DNA of 64,000 nt from an uncultured delta proteobacterium (GCA_963771465.1 CAVYTU010000018.1:32001-96000), one strand, 5' to 3'. Positions 36,339-47,566 are shown, numbered from the stretch's first letter. Numbers and translations are program-made. Notes: generated from the letters alone by a model not told the origin.

Positions 36339-38509
36339 CCATTCAATCAAAAGATTGGCAAAGGTACGGGTGGAAAATGGACCCTAGGGTTTCAAAAACG
36401 GTTCCGCTTTCCACGCGCATTAAGAGCCTCTCGAGTCTCCTACCATCAGGCGGCGAGCTGCCGGAAGCGGTGTGGTCGACGCGGCACGGTTTTCTTGTCT
36501 GGCTTACTTGGTTTCATGCTTTGCTGATCGCCCTCATTGGACCGATTTTTGGGTATAGCTGGGAGCTTAGCATTGGCGCCATTTTCCGGGATGACACGGT
36601 TCTCCATACCATTTCAGAGGGACTGATCGTCGCCCTCTTTGCGTTTCTGGGTTGGCAGGTGGGCAGCCGAAAGATTAGCGCCACGCTCGTCGGCATTGGA
36701 TTGATGAGTTCATCGGCGATCTTCGTGCATCTCTCGGGCGGCTACATCGAGCTCCACTTTCATTTCTTCGTCATGCTGGTCTTCATCGCTCTTTACCAAG
36801 ACTGGGTTCCCTACCTGCTCTCCGTCGTCTTTGTAGCCCTCCATCACGGCGTATTGGGAGTCCTGTGGCCTGAAGGAGTTTTTAACCACCCCGCAGCTCT
36901 CAATGCACCCTGGACTTGGGCCGGGATCCACGCCTTCTTCGTCCTGTGGTCTTGCGTTGGGAGCGCGATCGCCTGGCGCTTCAATGAGATCGCTTTCGCG
37001 CGCACTAAGTTGATTCTCGACTGTGCGGGAGAAGGCATCTTCGGTTTAGACCCGGAGGGGAAGATTAGCTTCATTAACCCGGCAGCGGAAAAAATGCTCC
37101 GCCTGGGTCCCAACGCCAGCATCGGCAAGCAACTGGGTGAGATCCTTCGGCACACCACCGCGGATAGCGCCGCTTTTGCGGTGGAGACTGAGCCGATTCT
37201 GGCGCCGCTCGGAGACCGGATTTCTCGTAGCGGGAGCGACGAGATTTTCTGGTGCAACGATGACACATTCTTCCCGGTGGATTACACCAGTATCGCCATG
37301 ATCGAACGCGACGAGCTGACGGGTGTGGTCATCACGTTTAGGGATGTAACCGAGCGCCACCGCAGAGAGAGGGACTTGCAACACAGCGAGGCGAAGTTTC
37401 GCGCTTTGGCCGAGACTGCCAACGACGCCATTATTTCCGCGGACAGTCATGGAAACATTATCCACTTTAACGATGCCGCCGAACGGGCATTCGGTTATCA
37501 GGAAAGCGACGTTGTCGGCAAGCCGATAACGTCGCTCATGGCCGAGAGATTCCAAGATGCTCACGAGCAGGGGCTTGCGCAGTTTCTCGCTTCAGGCGAG
37601 TCCCGCGTAATCGGTAAGACCGTGGAATTGACCGGCAGGAGAAAGGCTGGAAGCGAATTTGCCATCGAGATGTCTCTCGCCAGTTGGAAAACCAACGGGC
37701 AAACGTTTTTTACCTCGATCATCCGCGACATCACGGAGCGCAAACAAGCGCAGGACGCATTAGCTGAGAAAGCAGAACAGTTGGCTTTCTCAAATAAGGA
37801 GTTGGAGCAGTTTGCCTATGTGGCCTCCCATGATCTTCAGGAGCCGCTCAGGATGGTGGCGAGTTACACCCAACTATTGGCGAAACGGTACAACGGCAGG
37901 CTGGACAAGGACGCCGATGAGTACATAGCCTTCGCGGTAGACGGCGCCAAGCGGATGCAAGGCTTGATTCAGGACCTGCTCGCTTATTCGCGCGTCGGTA
38001 CCAAAGGCACGGATCTCGCTCCGACTGATTGCGAAGCGGTTTTGGCTCGGACGCTGAAGACTTTGGAACTCGCGGCGCAAGAGGCCGTAGCGATGATCAC
38101 CCATGACCCGCTGCCGACGGTGATGGCCGATGAAATTCAGCTCGGTCAATTGTTTCAAAATCTGATCGGCAACGCCATCAAATATCGCAACGGCAGCGCA
38201 CCGCGCATCCATGTTTCGTGCAAACCCGAAAGCGGCCATTGGCAGTTTTCGGTGCACGACAACGGCATCGGTATCGATCCGCAATATGCCGAGCGAGTCT
38301 TCGTGATCTTCCAGCGTTTGCACACCCGCGACGAATACGAGGGTACGGGCATCGGCTTGGCGGTGTGTAAGAAAATCGTCGAGCGCCAGGGCGGAAAAAT
38401 TTGGCTCGACTCTGAGCCGGGCCACGGCTCGACATTCTATTTTACTTTGCCTCGGCATTCAGGATCGGAGGATGCCAAGCGCGCGGCGGGCGCGGCCTTG
38501 GTGAATTAA
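36335..38509 (+). CDS. Membrane sensor histidine kinase (His-rich TM domain, 2 PAS, HisKA, HATPase)
   Basis: TM region with IELHFHFF and ALHH, two PAS folds, [35 protein letters not shown]; alternative start 36377. Confidence 0.93.
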   Translation: MTIQSKDWQRYGWKMDPRVSKTVPLSTRIKSLSSLLPSGGELPEAVWSTRHGFLVWLTWFHALLIALIGPIFGYSWELSIGAIFRDDTVLHTISEGLIVALFAFLGWQVGSRKISATLVGIGLMSSSAIFVHLSGGYIELHFHFFVMLVFIALYQDWVPYLLSVVFVALHHGVLGVLWPEGVFNHPAALNAPWTWAGIHAFFVLWSCVGSAIAWRFNEIAFARTKLILDCAGEGIFGLDPEGKISFINPAAEKMLRLGPNASIGKQLGEILRHTTADSAAFAVETEPILAPLGDRISRSGSDEIFWCNDDTFFPVDYTSIAMIERDELTGVVITFRDVTERHRRERDLQHSEAKFRALAETANDAIISADSHGNIIHFNDAAERAFGYQESDVVGKPITSLMAERFQDAHEQGLAQFLASGESRVIGKTVELTGRRKAGSEFAIEMSLASWKTNGQTFFTSIIRDITERKQAQDALAEKAEQLAFSNKELEQFAYVASHDLQEPLRMVASYTQLLAKRYNGRLDKDADEYIAFAVDGAKRMQGLIQDLLAYSRVGTKGTDLAPTDCEAVLARTLKTLELAAQEAVAMITHDPLPTVMADEIQLGQLFQNLIGNAIKYRNGSAPRIHVSCKPESGHWQFSVHDNGIGIDPQYAERVFVIFQRLHTRDEYEGTGIGLAVCKKIVERQGGKIWLDSEPGHGSTFYFTLPRHSGSEDAKRAAGAALVN

Positions 38510-38512
38510 ACA

Positions 38513-40258
38513 ATGCCAGTGAGCCAACCTATCCTGTTGGTCGAGGACAATTCCGGCGACGCGATGTTGCTCAAGGAGGCGTTGCGCGACTTCAATCATA
38601 GGCCGCCCTTCGAGTTGATCCACGTCGATCGGCTGGCGACGGCAATCGAACGCATGAAACAGGAAAGGTTCGACGCGGTTCTATTGGATCTGTCCCTGCC
38701 CGATGCCAAAGGTGTTGAAACGGTAGTGCGCATGCAACGTGATGCCGGAACCTTGCCGATCATCGTGCTCACCGGATTGGACGACGATGCGGCGGCGATG
38801 GAAGCGGTGCGCGCCGGCGCCCAAGATTATCTCGTCAAAGGCCAAATCGACGGCCGTCTGCTCGTGCGCGCCTTGCGCTATGCAATCGAAAGAAAGCGGC
38901 TGCAAGAGGCCATGCGGCTTCACTTGGAGCGCATCACGGCGCTCAAAGATGTCAATGTCGCGCTCACCGCGAACTTGAATCTACCCTCAGTTCTGGAAGT
39001 TCTCTGCGAAACGGTTGGCCGCTTGCTACCCGACTTCGGTATGACGGTGCGTTTGTGGAACCGCGAGCAAGGGCTCTTGGAATCGGCCGCGACGGTAAAC
39101 TACGACGATAGTTGGTGGCAGTCGATGATAACGCAACCCGAACGTAAGGCCACGCTCAGCGAGACCGTATTCGCCTCAAAGCAACCTTTAGTCATCTCGG
39201 ATGTCGCCAACGAACCGCGGCTGCAATATCAAGAATTTTGGCGCCGCACGGGTTTTTCGGGATATCTCGGTATTCCTCTGATCGCGAACGACGAAACTCT
39301 TGGCGTGGTTTCGTTTTTTCCCAAGCAAGGGACCATACTCACTAGCCAAGAAATCGAGTTTCTCAGCGCCTTGGCAAGCCAAGCGTCGGTGGCGATCCGC
39401 AACTCCCAAACCCACGGCGAGATGAAGCGATTGGCCGGCGACTTGGAGCGATCCAATCACGTCAAAGAGGAATTTCTCGGCGTCATCTCCCACGAGCTGC
39501 GCACGCCGCTAAACGTCGTTAGAGGATATGTCGAAATCCTCCAGACCGGCATGTTCGGTGCAATGAATTCAGAGCAGTTGGAAGCGGTGGAAAAAATCGC
39601 CAATCAAACGAGAATCCAGCTGGCGATGATCAATTCGATCTTGAACGCGACGACCATGGAGTCGGAAGTTGCTTCGGTACAGACCGAGGTGTTCTCATTG
39701 GGCGATTTTCTGGAAGACTTCAGAGTCGCATTTCCAGATCCGGCGGACGGCCACCTATACTTTGAGTGGTGTTACTCGCCGAGCCTGCCGGAGATCCGCA
39801 GTGATCGGACCAAGCTCCAATATATTCTGCAAAATCTTATTAACAACGCGGTTAAATATACGCCCCGCGGGATGGTGGCGGTGAGCGCTGAAGTGCGCAT
39901 GGGTGCGCCGTTGGTGCCGGACCCGGAGAATGCAAACTCGCGCAAGTGCTGGCTGAGTTTGCGCGTCGGCGATACCGGGGTCGGCATCGCCGAGGAATTT
40001 CTGCCGGTGATTTTTGAAAAATTCAGCCAGGTCGACAGTTCGACAACCCGAGCCCATGAAGGCATCGGACTCGGTTTGCATATCGTCAAACGGTGCACGG
40101 AACTGCTCAACGGCACGGTGAAAGTCGAAAGCGAACTGGGCAAGGGAACGACATTTTTCGTGACGATTCCCTGCGAGCACGACGCCGACGGGAGCCGCCG
40201 CGGAAGCGCTGCCGGCGCCGCGGCTGTGCGCCATCTGCGGCAGAGCGATACGCTATGA
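38513..40258 (+). CDS. Hybrid kinase REC-GAF-HisKA-HATPase
   Basis: LLVEDN/LLDLSLPD/AQDYLVKG, GAF, ISHELRTPL, NAVKYT, DTGVGI, GIGLGL. Confidence 0.93.
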   Translation: MPVSQPILLVEDNSGDAMLLKEALRDFNHRPPFELIHVDRLATAIERMKQERFDAVLLDLSLPDAKGVETVVRMQRDAGTLPIIVLTGLDDDAAAMEAVRAGAQDYLVKGQIDGRLLVRALRYAIERKRLQEAMRLHLERITALKDVNVALTANLNLPSVLEVLCETVGRLLPDFGMTVRLWNREQGLLESAATVNYDDSWWQSMITQPERKATLSETVFASKQPLVISDVANEPRLQYQEFWRRTGFSGYLGIPLIANDETLGVVSFFPKQGTILTSQEIEFLSALASQASVAIRNSQTHGEMKRLAGDLERSNHVKEEFLGVISHELRTPLNVVRGYVEILQTGMFGAMNSEQLEAVEKIANQTRIQLAMINSILNATTMESEVASVQTEVFSLGDFLEDFRVAFPDPADGHLYFEWCYSPSLPEIRSDRTKLQYILQNLINNAVKYTPRGMVAVSAEVRMGAPLVPDPENANSRKCWLSLRVGDTGVGIAEEFLPVIFEKFSQVDSSTTRAHEGIGLGLHIVKRCTELLNGTVKVESELGKGTTFFVTIPCEHDADGSRRGSAAGAAAVRHLRQSDTL

Positions 40259-40317
40259 ACGGGCTGAAGGGCGCTATTTAACGTCGGGTCGTTGGCGCGA
40301 GCCGACTTTCTAATCGC

Positions 40318-42510
40318 ATGGCCAAAATGCACGCTTCATTGATCGAACCGAACGCCGATACGGTTGGCGACCCGGTTAAAGTTCTCCTCATCGAGGACAA
40401 TACCGGCGACGCACGTTTGGTTTTGGAACTACTTAAAGATGCCGGCGGCGCGCTCTTTGAAGTTACCGATGCCGGTTCGCTTAAGGTTGGGATTGGCCAT
40501 CTCAAGGCAGCAAATTACGATGTCGTCCTGTTGGACCTCTCGCTGCCGGATGGCGTTGGCGTCGAAACCGTGGTTCGTCTCCTAGCCGAAGCGCCAGCGG
40601 TGCCGATCGTTGTCCTGACGGGGCTGGACGACGACCGATCCGCCGTCGATGCGGTGCGCAGCGGCGCGCAGGATTATCTCGTCAAAGGCAAATTCGACGG
40701 TCCGATGCTGGCGCGCGTGTTGCGCTACGCCATCGAACGCACGCGCGCCCAGCAGGCGCAAGCGCGCTACCAAGACCAGACGGCGCTGACCACGATTGCA
40801 ACGGCGGCTAGCCAGTCGCTTCAGCTTGAGGAGATGCTCGAGGTCGCGGTGGCAAAGGTGTTGGAAGTTACCGGATGTGAAATGGCGCATATTCGGCTGC
40901 GTAATCAGAAGACTGGGGAAATATCTTTGGCTGCCCACCGAGGGCTTACACCCGAGCGCGTTGATGCGCTACTCCAGCAGCAGCGGCCGTCGGCAGAACG
41001 CGATGAGATTTTCCGCACGGGAGAAGTCGTCATCCAACGCGAACCGGTGGTTAGGGCGCTTGAAAGCCAATCGGCCCAGATTACCGGTCGGGTCAGGGTG
41101 TGGATTCCTCTAAAGGCGAAAGGGAATGTTGTCGGTATCCTGACTATTGAAACGCTGCGCCGAGAAAAGTTTTCGCGCCGCGAAGTGGAGCTTTTAAAGG
41201 CCATCGGCAACGTCATCGGCGTCGGTGTCGAAAATGCCCGGCTGTTCACTGAGACGCGCCGCCAACTGGAACGCATCCAGGCGCTGCGTGATATCAGTGT
41301 AGCCACCGCTTCGAGCCTCAATCTGTCGCGCGTGCTAAAGATTTTGCTCGAAAAAATCGCCGTCGTCTTGCCGTATTCGGCGTTGGCCGTTCGATTGTTC
41401 GACAAAGCGAGCGGCGAATTGCGGCCCACCGTAGCATGGAATCTCGATCAGGAAGAATGGCAAGAGTCAGCCGGCAAAAACAGCGGCAGTGGGCTCTCGG
41501 CCGTTGTCTTCGAGAAAAAGAGTCCCTTGGCGATTCGCCAATTCTTGCACGATCCGCGCACTCGAAAGCCGGAGCTGTTCCGCCGTCAAGGCTTGGTTTC
41601 CTATTTGGGATTGCCGATGATCGCTAACGGCGAATGCGTCGGCGTGTTGTCGATCTCCACCAAATTCGAACATGAATTTCCCGAAGAGGAGATTCGTTTT
41701 CTTTCCGCGCTGGCCAACCAGGCCGGTATGGCGATCTATAATTCCCAGCTCTATGAGCATATTCAGGGGCAAGCGGCCGAGCTCGAACGGAGCAACAAGG
41801 TCAAAGACGAATTCCTCAGTGTCATGTCGCATGAATTTAGAACTCCGATTAACGTAATCCTGGGTTATTGCGAGCTGATCAAGAAACGAGTCTTGGGAGA
41901 AATCAATGCGGAGCAGGAAAACGCGGTGGCGAAGATCACAGATCGTTCTAAGGATCTCTTGGGATTGCTCTCGGCAATTTTAGAAGTGACTCGAATCGAG
42001 ACTAAGGACATGCGGGTGCTGGCGGAAACGTTCGACCTCAATGAATTCTTCGCTGAGTTCAAAACGAACCATGATCTACAGTTGGCCAAGGATGTGAGTC
42101 TTGAGTGGTGTGGCCCGGAGCAAGCAGTCGCGGTTAACACGGATCCGAGAAAGCTGCGGATCATTCTTGAGCAACTTTTCGCCAACGCCGTGCAGTTTAC
42201 GGAAAGCGGCAAGATCAGCGTCGCAGCAAATCGCAGCGCCGACGCCAAGCATTTTTATTTATCGGTGACCGATACCGGGATCGGCATTCCCGCAGAGTCG
42301 CGCGACGTCATTTTTGAAAAATTTACTCAGCTCGATGGCTCGTCGACCCGCGCGGTCGGTGGTATCGGCCTCGGTCTTTATCTGGTCAGAAATTTTGTCG
42401 CTATATTAGGCGGCGAGCTGCGGGTCGATAGCGGGGTTGGCGTCGGTTCCTCTTTCGCAGTGACGCTGCCAATCGACATCGAGTCGTCGCCCGTCTTGGT
42501 GGAACGCTAA
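40318..42510 (+). CDS. Hybrid kinase REC-GAF-GAF-HisKA-HATPase
   Basis: Receiver paralogous to the previous gene, two GAFs, MSHEFRTPI, DTGIGI, GIGLGL. Confidence 0.93.
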   Translation: MAKMHASLIEPNADTVGDPVKVLLIEDNTGDARLVLELLKDAGGALFEVTDAGSLKVGIGHLKAANYDVVLLDLSLPDGVGVETVVRLLAEAPAVPIVVLTGLDDDRSAVDAVRSGAQDYLVKGKFDGPMLARVLRYAIERTRAQQAQARYQDQTALTTIATAASQSLQLEEMLEVAVAKVLEVTGCEMAHIRLRNQKTGEISLAAHRGLTPERVDALLQQQRPSAERDEIFRTGEVVIQREPVVRALESQSAQITGRVRVWIPLKAKGNVVGILTIETLRREKFSRREVELLKAIGNVIGVGVENARLFTETRRQLERIQALRDISVATASSLNLSRVLKILLEKIAVVLPYSALAVRLFDKASGELRPTVAWNLDQEEWQESAGKNSGSGLSAVVFEKKSPLAIRQFLHDPRTRKPELFRRQGLVSYLGLPMIANGECVGVLSISTKFEHEFPEEEIRFLSALANQAGMAIYNSQLYEHIQGQAAELERSNKVKDEFLSVMSHEFRTPINVILGYCELIKKRVLGEINAEQENAVAKITDRSKDLLGLLSAILEVTRIETKDMRVLAETFDLNEFFAEFKTNHDLQLAKDVSLEWCGPEQAVAVNTDPRKLRIILEQLFANAVQFTESGKISVAANRSADAKHFYLSVTDTGIGIPAESRDVIFEKFTQLDGSSTRAVGGIGLGLYLVRNFVAILGGELRVDSGVGVGSSFAVTLPIDIESSPVLVER

Positions 42511-42753
42511 AGTCGGCGATCGCGGCGCTGGAATGATTCTATAATTCGCTGCCCGTAGTTGCCGACGGCTGTCAATTCGCTTCCAATGAAGCAATATCTC
42601 GCCATCACCAAGGCACGACTGACACGAAATTTCAGATTGCGGATTTACACCGCCGCATGCTCCGACAAGACTTGATCGTGAATAGCTTCCGCGCTTCTAG
42701 ATAAGCTTTCGCACTTGACCGAGTCATCCCGTCAACTCTATAGTTGCCTCATT

Positions 42754-43941
42754 ATGATTCGAGCTGGAGTGGGGCAGTCGAGCGACGTTTCGACCGCGCG
42801 GGCAGCGGCGGCGGCGATTGAGCAGGCGTTTGCGCAAGCGGGCACTCGACATGCGGACGCAGCGCTGGTCTTTTTTAGCGCCGAACATGGCGCGCCCGCA
42901 AGCGAATTGCCCGAAACCATTCGTCGGTTGGCTGGAACGGATCAAATTGCCGGCTGCAGCGCTGCCGGTGTGCTCACGGCGAACGGAGAAGTGGAAGGCG
43001 AACGCGGGCTTGCCGTGATGGTGTTGTCGTCGGATCAGCTTGAGTGTCGGCCATTGATGTTTAAGCCGCTGCGTGAACACGATGGCATTATTGGCGCCGA
43101 ACTCGCGGCGATCGCGGCGCCGACGGAAGCCTCGGGTTCGCTCCTGGCGCTGTTTCCTGATACTTACAACGGCCAGCCGCAGCGGCTGTTAGAAAGCCTT
43201 CATGACGAACGCGGATTTAGTCCCGTGGTCGGCGCCGGCGCGTCGGAAAATGGCACGGCGCAGGCGACCTATCAGCTGAGCAGCACAGGCGTGACCAGCA
43301 ACGCCGTGGCGGGCATGTATTTTAACGGCTCGTTTCAAACTCACATCGAAATTACCCAGGGTTGCCAGCCGATCACCGACTCGATGGTGATCACCAAAGC
43401 GGAACGAAATCTTATCTATGAGATCAACGAGCGGCCCGCGCTGGAAGTGTTTGCCGGCTTGCTCAAGGGGCCGCTCGCCGACGATCTGCGCCGCGCGCTG
43501 ATGGTCTTGTTCGTCGGCTTGCCGGCGGACCGCTTGATCAATAGCGTGGCGCCGGGCAAATATTTGATTCGCAACATCATCGGTATCGATCCCGACAAAG
43601 GCATACTCGGCGTCGCCGAAGCCGTGACCGAAGGCGAGTCGATTATTTTTGCCATGCGCGACGGCCAGCGCGCGCGCGACGACTTAAATCAAATGTTGCA
43701 ACGGCAGGTCAACAATCTCGGCGGGAGAAAGCCAGCCTTCGGCTTTTACTTCAATTGCTGCGCCCGCGGCAGCTCGCTCTACGGCATTCCCGGCATCGAT
43801 TCCGCTTACATCAAGCAGGCGCTCGGCGATTTTCCCTTGATCGGCATGTTCGGCGGCTATGAACTGGCGCCGCTCGGGCGCGCTAACCATTTATTCGCCT
43901 ATACCGGCGTGCTGGCGTTGATTACCGGCGAGGACGGCTGA
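42754..43941 (+). CDS. FIST-domain (FIST_N/FIST_C) sensory protein
   Basis: GCSAAG, VVGAGAS, QGCQPI, EINERPA, FNCCARG, GMFGGYE..HLFAYT. Confidence 0.92.
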   Translation: MIRAGVGQSSDVSTARAAAAAIEQAFAQAGTRHADAALVFFSAEHGAPASELPETIRRLAGTDQIAGCSAAGVLTANGEVEGERGLAVMVLSSDQLECRPLMFKPLREHDGIIGAELAAIAAPTEASGSLLALFPDTYNGQPQRLLESLHDERGFSPVVGAGASENGTAQATYQLSSTGVTSNAVAGMYFNGSFQTHIEITQGCQPITDSMVITKAERNLIYEINERPALEVFAGLLKGPLADDLRRALMVLFVGLPADRLINSVAPGKYLIRNIIGIDPDKGILGVAEAVTEGESIIFAMRDGQRARDDLNQMLQRQVNNLGGRKPAFGFYFNCCARGSSLYGIPGIDSAYIKQALGDFPLIGMFGGYELAPLGRANHLFAYTGVLALITGEDG

Positions 43942-44061
43942 AGTACCATTTTCGATTGTGAATTGTCGGAAAAAAGCTTCAGCCGACCGGGCAGTCTTCC
44001 TCCCCTATCTCAAAAGCGGCCCCGCCGACAAAAATTCAAAATTGTTGGGTGGAGAGGTGGC

Positions 44062-45888
44062 TCAGCGTCCGACGCGCTTACGTTTGTTGTTGAGATAGTC
44101 GACCATTATGTAGTTGCCCATCTGGTCGGGGGTGGTGTAGAAGACCCGGCCGGTATTCATGCGTGAAAGCTGATCGACAAACCCCTGGCGGTAGTAATCG
44201 GCGCCGAGCATAAACGTGTTGATCGTGATGCCGCTCTGGGTGCAGCGCTTCACTTCCTTGAGTGTCTCGTGCACGATGCGGCCGTGCAGCATCGCCGAGC
44301 CCCAGCCACTGTGCAGACGGCCACCGCGATCAAGGGTCGCTGCGGTGGGCTCGCCGTCAGTGATCAAAATGATCTGCCGGTTGGCCGACCGATTCGTGCC
44401 CAGAAGCTGACGCGCAAAACGGAGCGCCTCCTTGATGTCGGTGCCATGCTCCATGAAATAGGTTAGCGAGACGATCGACGGCAGATCCTCGGCTTGAATG
44501 AGTTTGGCGTTGGAGCGAAAAGCGACCAGGTGCAAGGTGTCTTGCGGATATTTCGTTTGAATCAAGCGATGCAGCGCCAGGGCGACTTTCTTGCCCGCGT
44601 GGAGCGCGTCGTTCATCAACATCGAGTAGCTCACGTCAATCAACAACGCGGTTTCGGCGACCGTCGAATACTCGACCCGGTGCACGGAAAAATCTTCCGG
44701 ATGAATTCTCAGCGGCTCGCCTGGCTTGCGTCTCTCTAACGCATTGAGCACGGTCTCGCTGATATTGATGTTCATCGGGTCGCCATACTCGTAGAGTTTG
44801 GTTTCTTCCATGTGCTCGCCCTGGGCGCCGCGCGCCGACGTGTTGTGGTTCCCCCAGCGGCTTTTGTTGAGCATCTGAAAGATTTCGCGCAGCGCCTTGT
44901 CACCGATTTTGCGCATGCCTTTCGCCGTCAGCTTTAGACCGTGGCTGCCGCGCATGATGTAACCGTCGTCTTCGAGCATCTGCTCGACGTTCTGTAGATA
45001 TTTCAGATTCTCATAAGCTTCCTCGCCGAGCAGATCACGCAGCTCGTCGAGATTGAGCTCCGACGGATCGCCCATGCCGCGTTGTCCCCAACGCAAAAAC
45101 CGTTCGAGGCCGCGCATTTGGCTCAATATCTGTCCCGCTTCGCCCATGCCCATGCGTTGCGAACCTTGGAACGGGAACTGGTTCATCAGCTGTTCCAGCT
45201 GCTGCATTTGGCTCATCATCTCGCTCATCTGCTGCAGCTGCTCCTCGGTCATGTTGGCCATGTTTTCCAACATGCTTTCGAGGTTGTTGATGGCGTTGTC
45301 CATCATGCTCGGCAAATTGTTGAGAAAGTTCTCGTCTTTCAACAACTCGTTCATGCGGTCGAGCATGTCCATCAGCGACTGCGGATTCTGGCCGCCCATA
45401 TTCGATTGGCCCTGCGGCATGCCGCGCTCGTTGATCTGATTTTGCAGACGCTGCTGCAATTCTTGATAACGCTGATACGCCTCCTGCATCTTCTGATTCA
45501 TCTCGTCCATGCGGTCGGCGAACTTGCCCGACATGCGCTCCATGAAGTTGCGCATCTGTTCGTTGTAGGCTTCCATCTTCTCGGCGAGCTTGGCGAGTTT
45601 TTCGCTCAGCGCTTGCTGCTCTTCGGGTGTGAGCTTAAAAGAATCCGGGGAATATTTATTGAGCAGCTCGCGACGCTTCTCGTCGGCTTGGCGCAGGAAA
45701 TCGCGCATGCCTTTGACCGAACGCTGGCCGTCCTCTGAAGTGAAACCACGGCGCATCAGATCGCGCAGCGCGCGCCGGACGCCTTCTTCCTCGAGCAGGT
45801 GGTCAGAGAGCTGGTTGAGAATATCGTTGGTCGTCGGGAATAGAACCTGCTGCGTGCCGTCCCAATCGGTATAGCGATGAATTCTCAT
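44062..45888 (-). CDS. VWA-domain protein with long Met/Gln-rich coiled coil
   Basis: YTDWDGTQ N-terminus, LTAKG.R..G, YEYGD, MIDAS DVSYSM..T..ITDGEPT. Confidence 0.88.
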   Translation of the reverse strand: MRIHRYTDWDGTQQVLFPTTNDILNQLSDHLLEEEGVRRALRDLMRRGFTSEDGQRSVKGMRDFLRQADEKRRELLNKYSPDSFKLTPEEQQALSEKLAKLAEKMEAYNEQMRNFMERMSGKFADRMDEMNQKMQEAYQRYQELQQRLQNQINERGMPQGQSNMGGQNPQSLMDMLDRMNELLKDENFLNNLPSMMDNAINNLESMLENMANMTEEQLQQMSEMMSQMQQLEQLMNQFPFQGSQRMGMGEAGQILSQMRGLERFLRWGQRGMGDPSELNLDELRDLLGEEAYENLKYLQNVEQMLEDDGYIMRGSHGLKLTAKGMRKIGDKALREIFQMLNKSRWGNHNTSARGAQGEHMEETKLYEYGDPMNINISETVLNALERRKPGEPLRIHPEDFSVHRVEYSTVAETALLIDVSYSMLMNDALHAGKKVALALHRLIQTKYPQDTLHLVAFRSNAKLIQAEDLPSIVSLTYFMEHGTDIKEALRFARQLLGTNRSANRQIILITDGEPTAATLDRGGRLHSGWGSAMLHGRIVHETLKEVKRCTQSGITINTFMLGADYYRQGFVDQLSRMNTGRVFYTTPDQMGNYIMVDYLNNKRKRVGR

Positions 45889-46025
45889 TTGTCACCGACT
45901 ATAGCGCAGTTTGGGATTCTGTCAAAGCCCAAGTGGCGTATTGGCGCCGCCGCTTTGGCGTCCTTCTTGCGCCCTTTGGAATTGCTCGCAACTTCATATA
46001 AATAATGACTCAATATTGGAGCACA

Positions 46026-47135
46026 ATGAAGGACTTTGACTATGTCATCATCGGCGCGGGATTTGCGGGGGCGGCGACCGCTTATCATTTGGCGCGTGCC
46101 GGCGTGAGCCGGATCTTGCTCGTGGAACAAGAGAGCATCCCAGGGTTTCATTCGTCGGGACGTAACGCGGCGATGCTGCGCCAATGCGTATCCGAGCCGG
46201 ATCTCACCGACCTGGCGCGTGCCGGCGCGGCGTTTATTCATCATCAACCGACCGATTGGCCGGAGCCAGTGTCATTCAAACAAAATGGCTCGCTGCTCCT
46301 CGCCAGCGACGCCGGCTGGGACAAGCTCCAGCGCGATGCCGAGATTGGCCGGCAATCCGGTATCGGCGGTATCGAGCTGTGGACCCCCGACCAGGCAAAA
46401 CGCCATGTGCCGCTGCTCAAGCAGGCCGAGTTCGACGGGGCGTTGTGGTGCAGCACGGACGGTATCGTCGACATCCACGCGCTGCTTTCGGGTTATTTAA
46501 AATACGCCGCCGGCAAGGGTGCTGAGATTCGTTACAATTGCGCGGTTCAAGCGGTGAACCATAATGGCGGTGATATCGAGATATCGACGAATACCGGCGT
46601 CGCCAAAGCCAAGGTGTTGGTCAACGCCAGCGGCGCCTGGGCCAATGTTGTGGCGAGATTGGCCGGCGCCACCGAGTTGCCGCTCAAACCTTGCCGGCGC
46701 CATTTGTTTGTCTCGCCGCCGCTCGATTGGGTCGATCGCTCCTGGCCGTTTGTCTGGGACGTCTCGCACGATATTTATTTTCGTCCGGAAGGCGATGGTT
46801 TGTTGCTCTGCGCCTGCGATCAGACTGAGTTGGCTCCCGGCGATCCGCCGGTGGACGAAAGCGTCAGGGAAATGCTGGCGGAAAAGATCGACCGTTACAT
46901 GCCGGCGCTGGGCGATGTCAGTATCGCCAAAGGTTGGGCCGGTATTCGCACGCTGACACCGGATGGCCGTTTCGTCATCGGCTGGGACCCGCAGGTGGAT
47001 AATTTCTTTTGGGTGGCTGGACTTGGCGGTCATGGGATGACCACCAGCGCGGCGGTGGGCGAGCTGGCGGCGCAGTTGCTGATCGGTGGGCGCGGAAAAA
47101 AATCGGCGCCGTTTGCGCCGGAGAGATTCGCCTGA
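46026..47135 (+). CDS. FAD-dependent oxidoreductase (D-amino-acid/glycine/sarcosine oxidase family)
   Basis: IIGAGFAG, SSGRNAA, NASGAWA, WAGIRTLTPDG, GLGGHG. Confidence 0.92.
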   Translation: MKDFDYVIIGAGFAGAATAYHLARAGVSRILLVEQESIPGFHSSGRNAAMLRQCVSEPDLTDLARAGAAFIHHQPTDWPEPVSFKQNGSLLLASDAGWDKLQRDAEIGRQSGIGGIELWTPDQAKRHVPLLKQAEFDGALWCSTDGIVDIHALLSGYLKYAAGKGAEIRYNCAVQAVNHNGGDIEISTNTGVAKAKVLVNASGAWANVVARLAGATELPLKPCRRHLFVSPPLDWVDRSWPFVWDVSHDIYFRPEGDGLLLCACDQTELAPGDPPVDESVREMLAEKIDRYMPALGDVSIAKGWAGIRTLTPDGRFVIGWDPQVDNFFWVAGLGGHGMTTSAAVGELAAQLLIGGRGKKSAPFAPERFA

Positions 47136-47169
47136 GGATGGAGTCAAGATGCGTTGGAGTATTGGAGTA

Positions 47170-47532
47170 ATGGAGCGTCGGACTAATGGCAAGATCAAAA
47201 TAGCCGCCGCGATGATTGCGTTGGCGGGTTGGTTCATGGCGCATGGCATTTGCCAAGCGGCGCAACCGGCCAAAGTGAGAATCTCTTATTCGAGCCGGAG
47301 CAACTCGATCACGCCGTTTCAGATCGCCCTCAACAAAGGCTTTTTCGCCGAGGAAGGTTGGGACGTGGAGATGATTCAGGTCAATCCACGGTTCGGCGCC
47401 ATTTCGCTCAGCCGCAACGGCGAGATCACCGATCATGAATGGGATATGCTGACGGAAAAAAGGAAGCCGGTGGACGAGGTGCGCGACTTCACGCTGCTGC
47501 GGGACGTGCAAAAAGAATTGAAACTACGTTAG
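47170..47532 (+). pseudogene. Internally deleted NMT1/SsuA-type substrate-binding protein
   Basis: Signal peptide and KVRISY..IALNKGFFAEEG.DVEMIQ N-terminus join in frame to the C-terminal ..V.DFTLLRDVQKEL; only 120 aa versus 311-338 aa for the intact paralogs in the window. Confidence 0.75.
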
Positions 47533-47566
47533 TGCTGAAGCGCTGTCGCAAGCGAGGAGCAAGACC

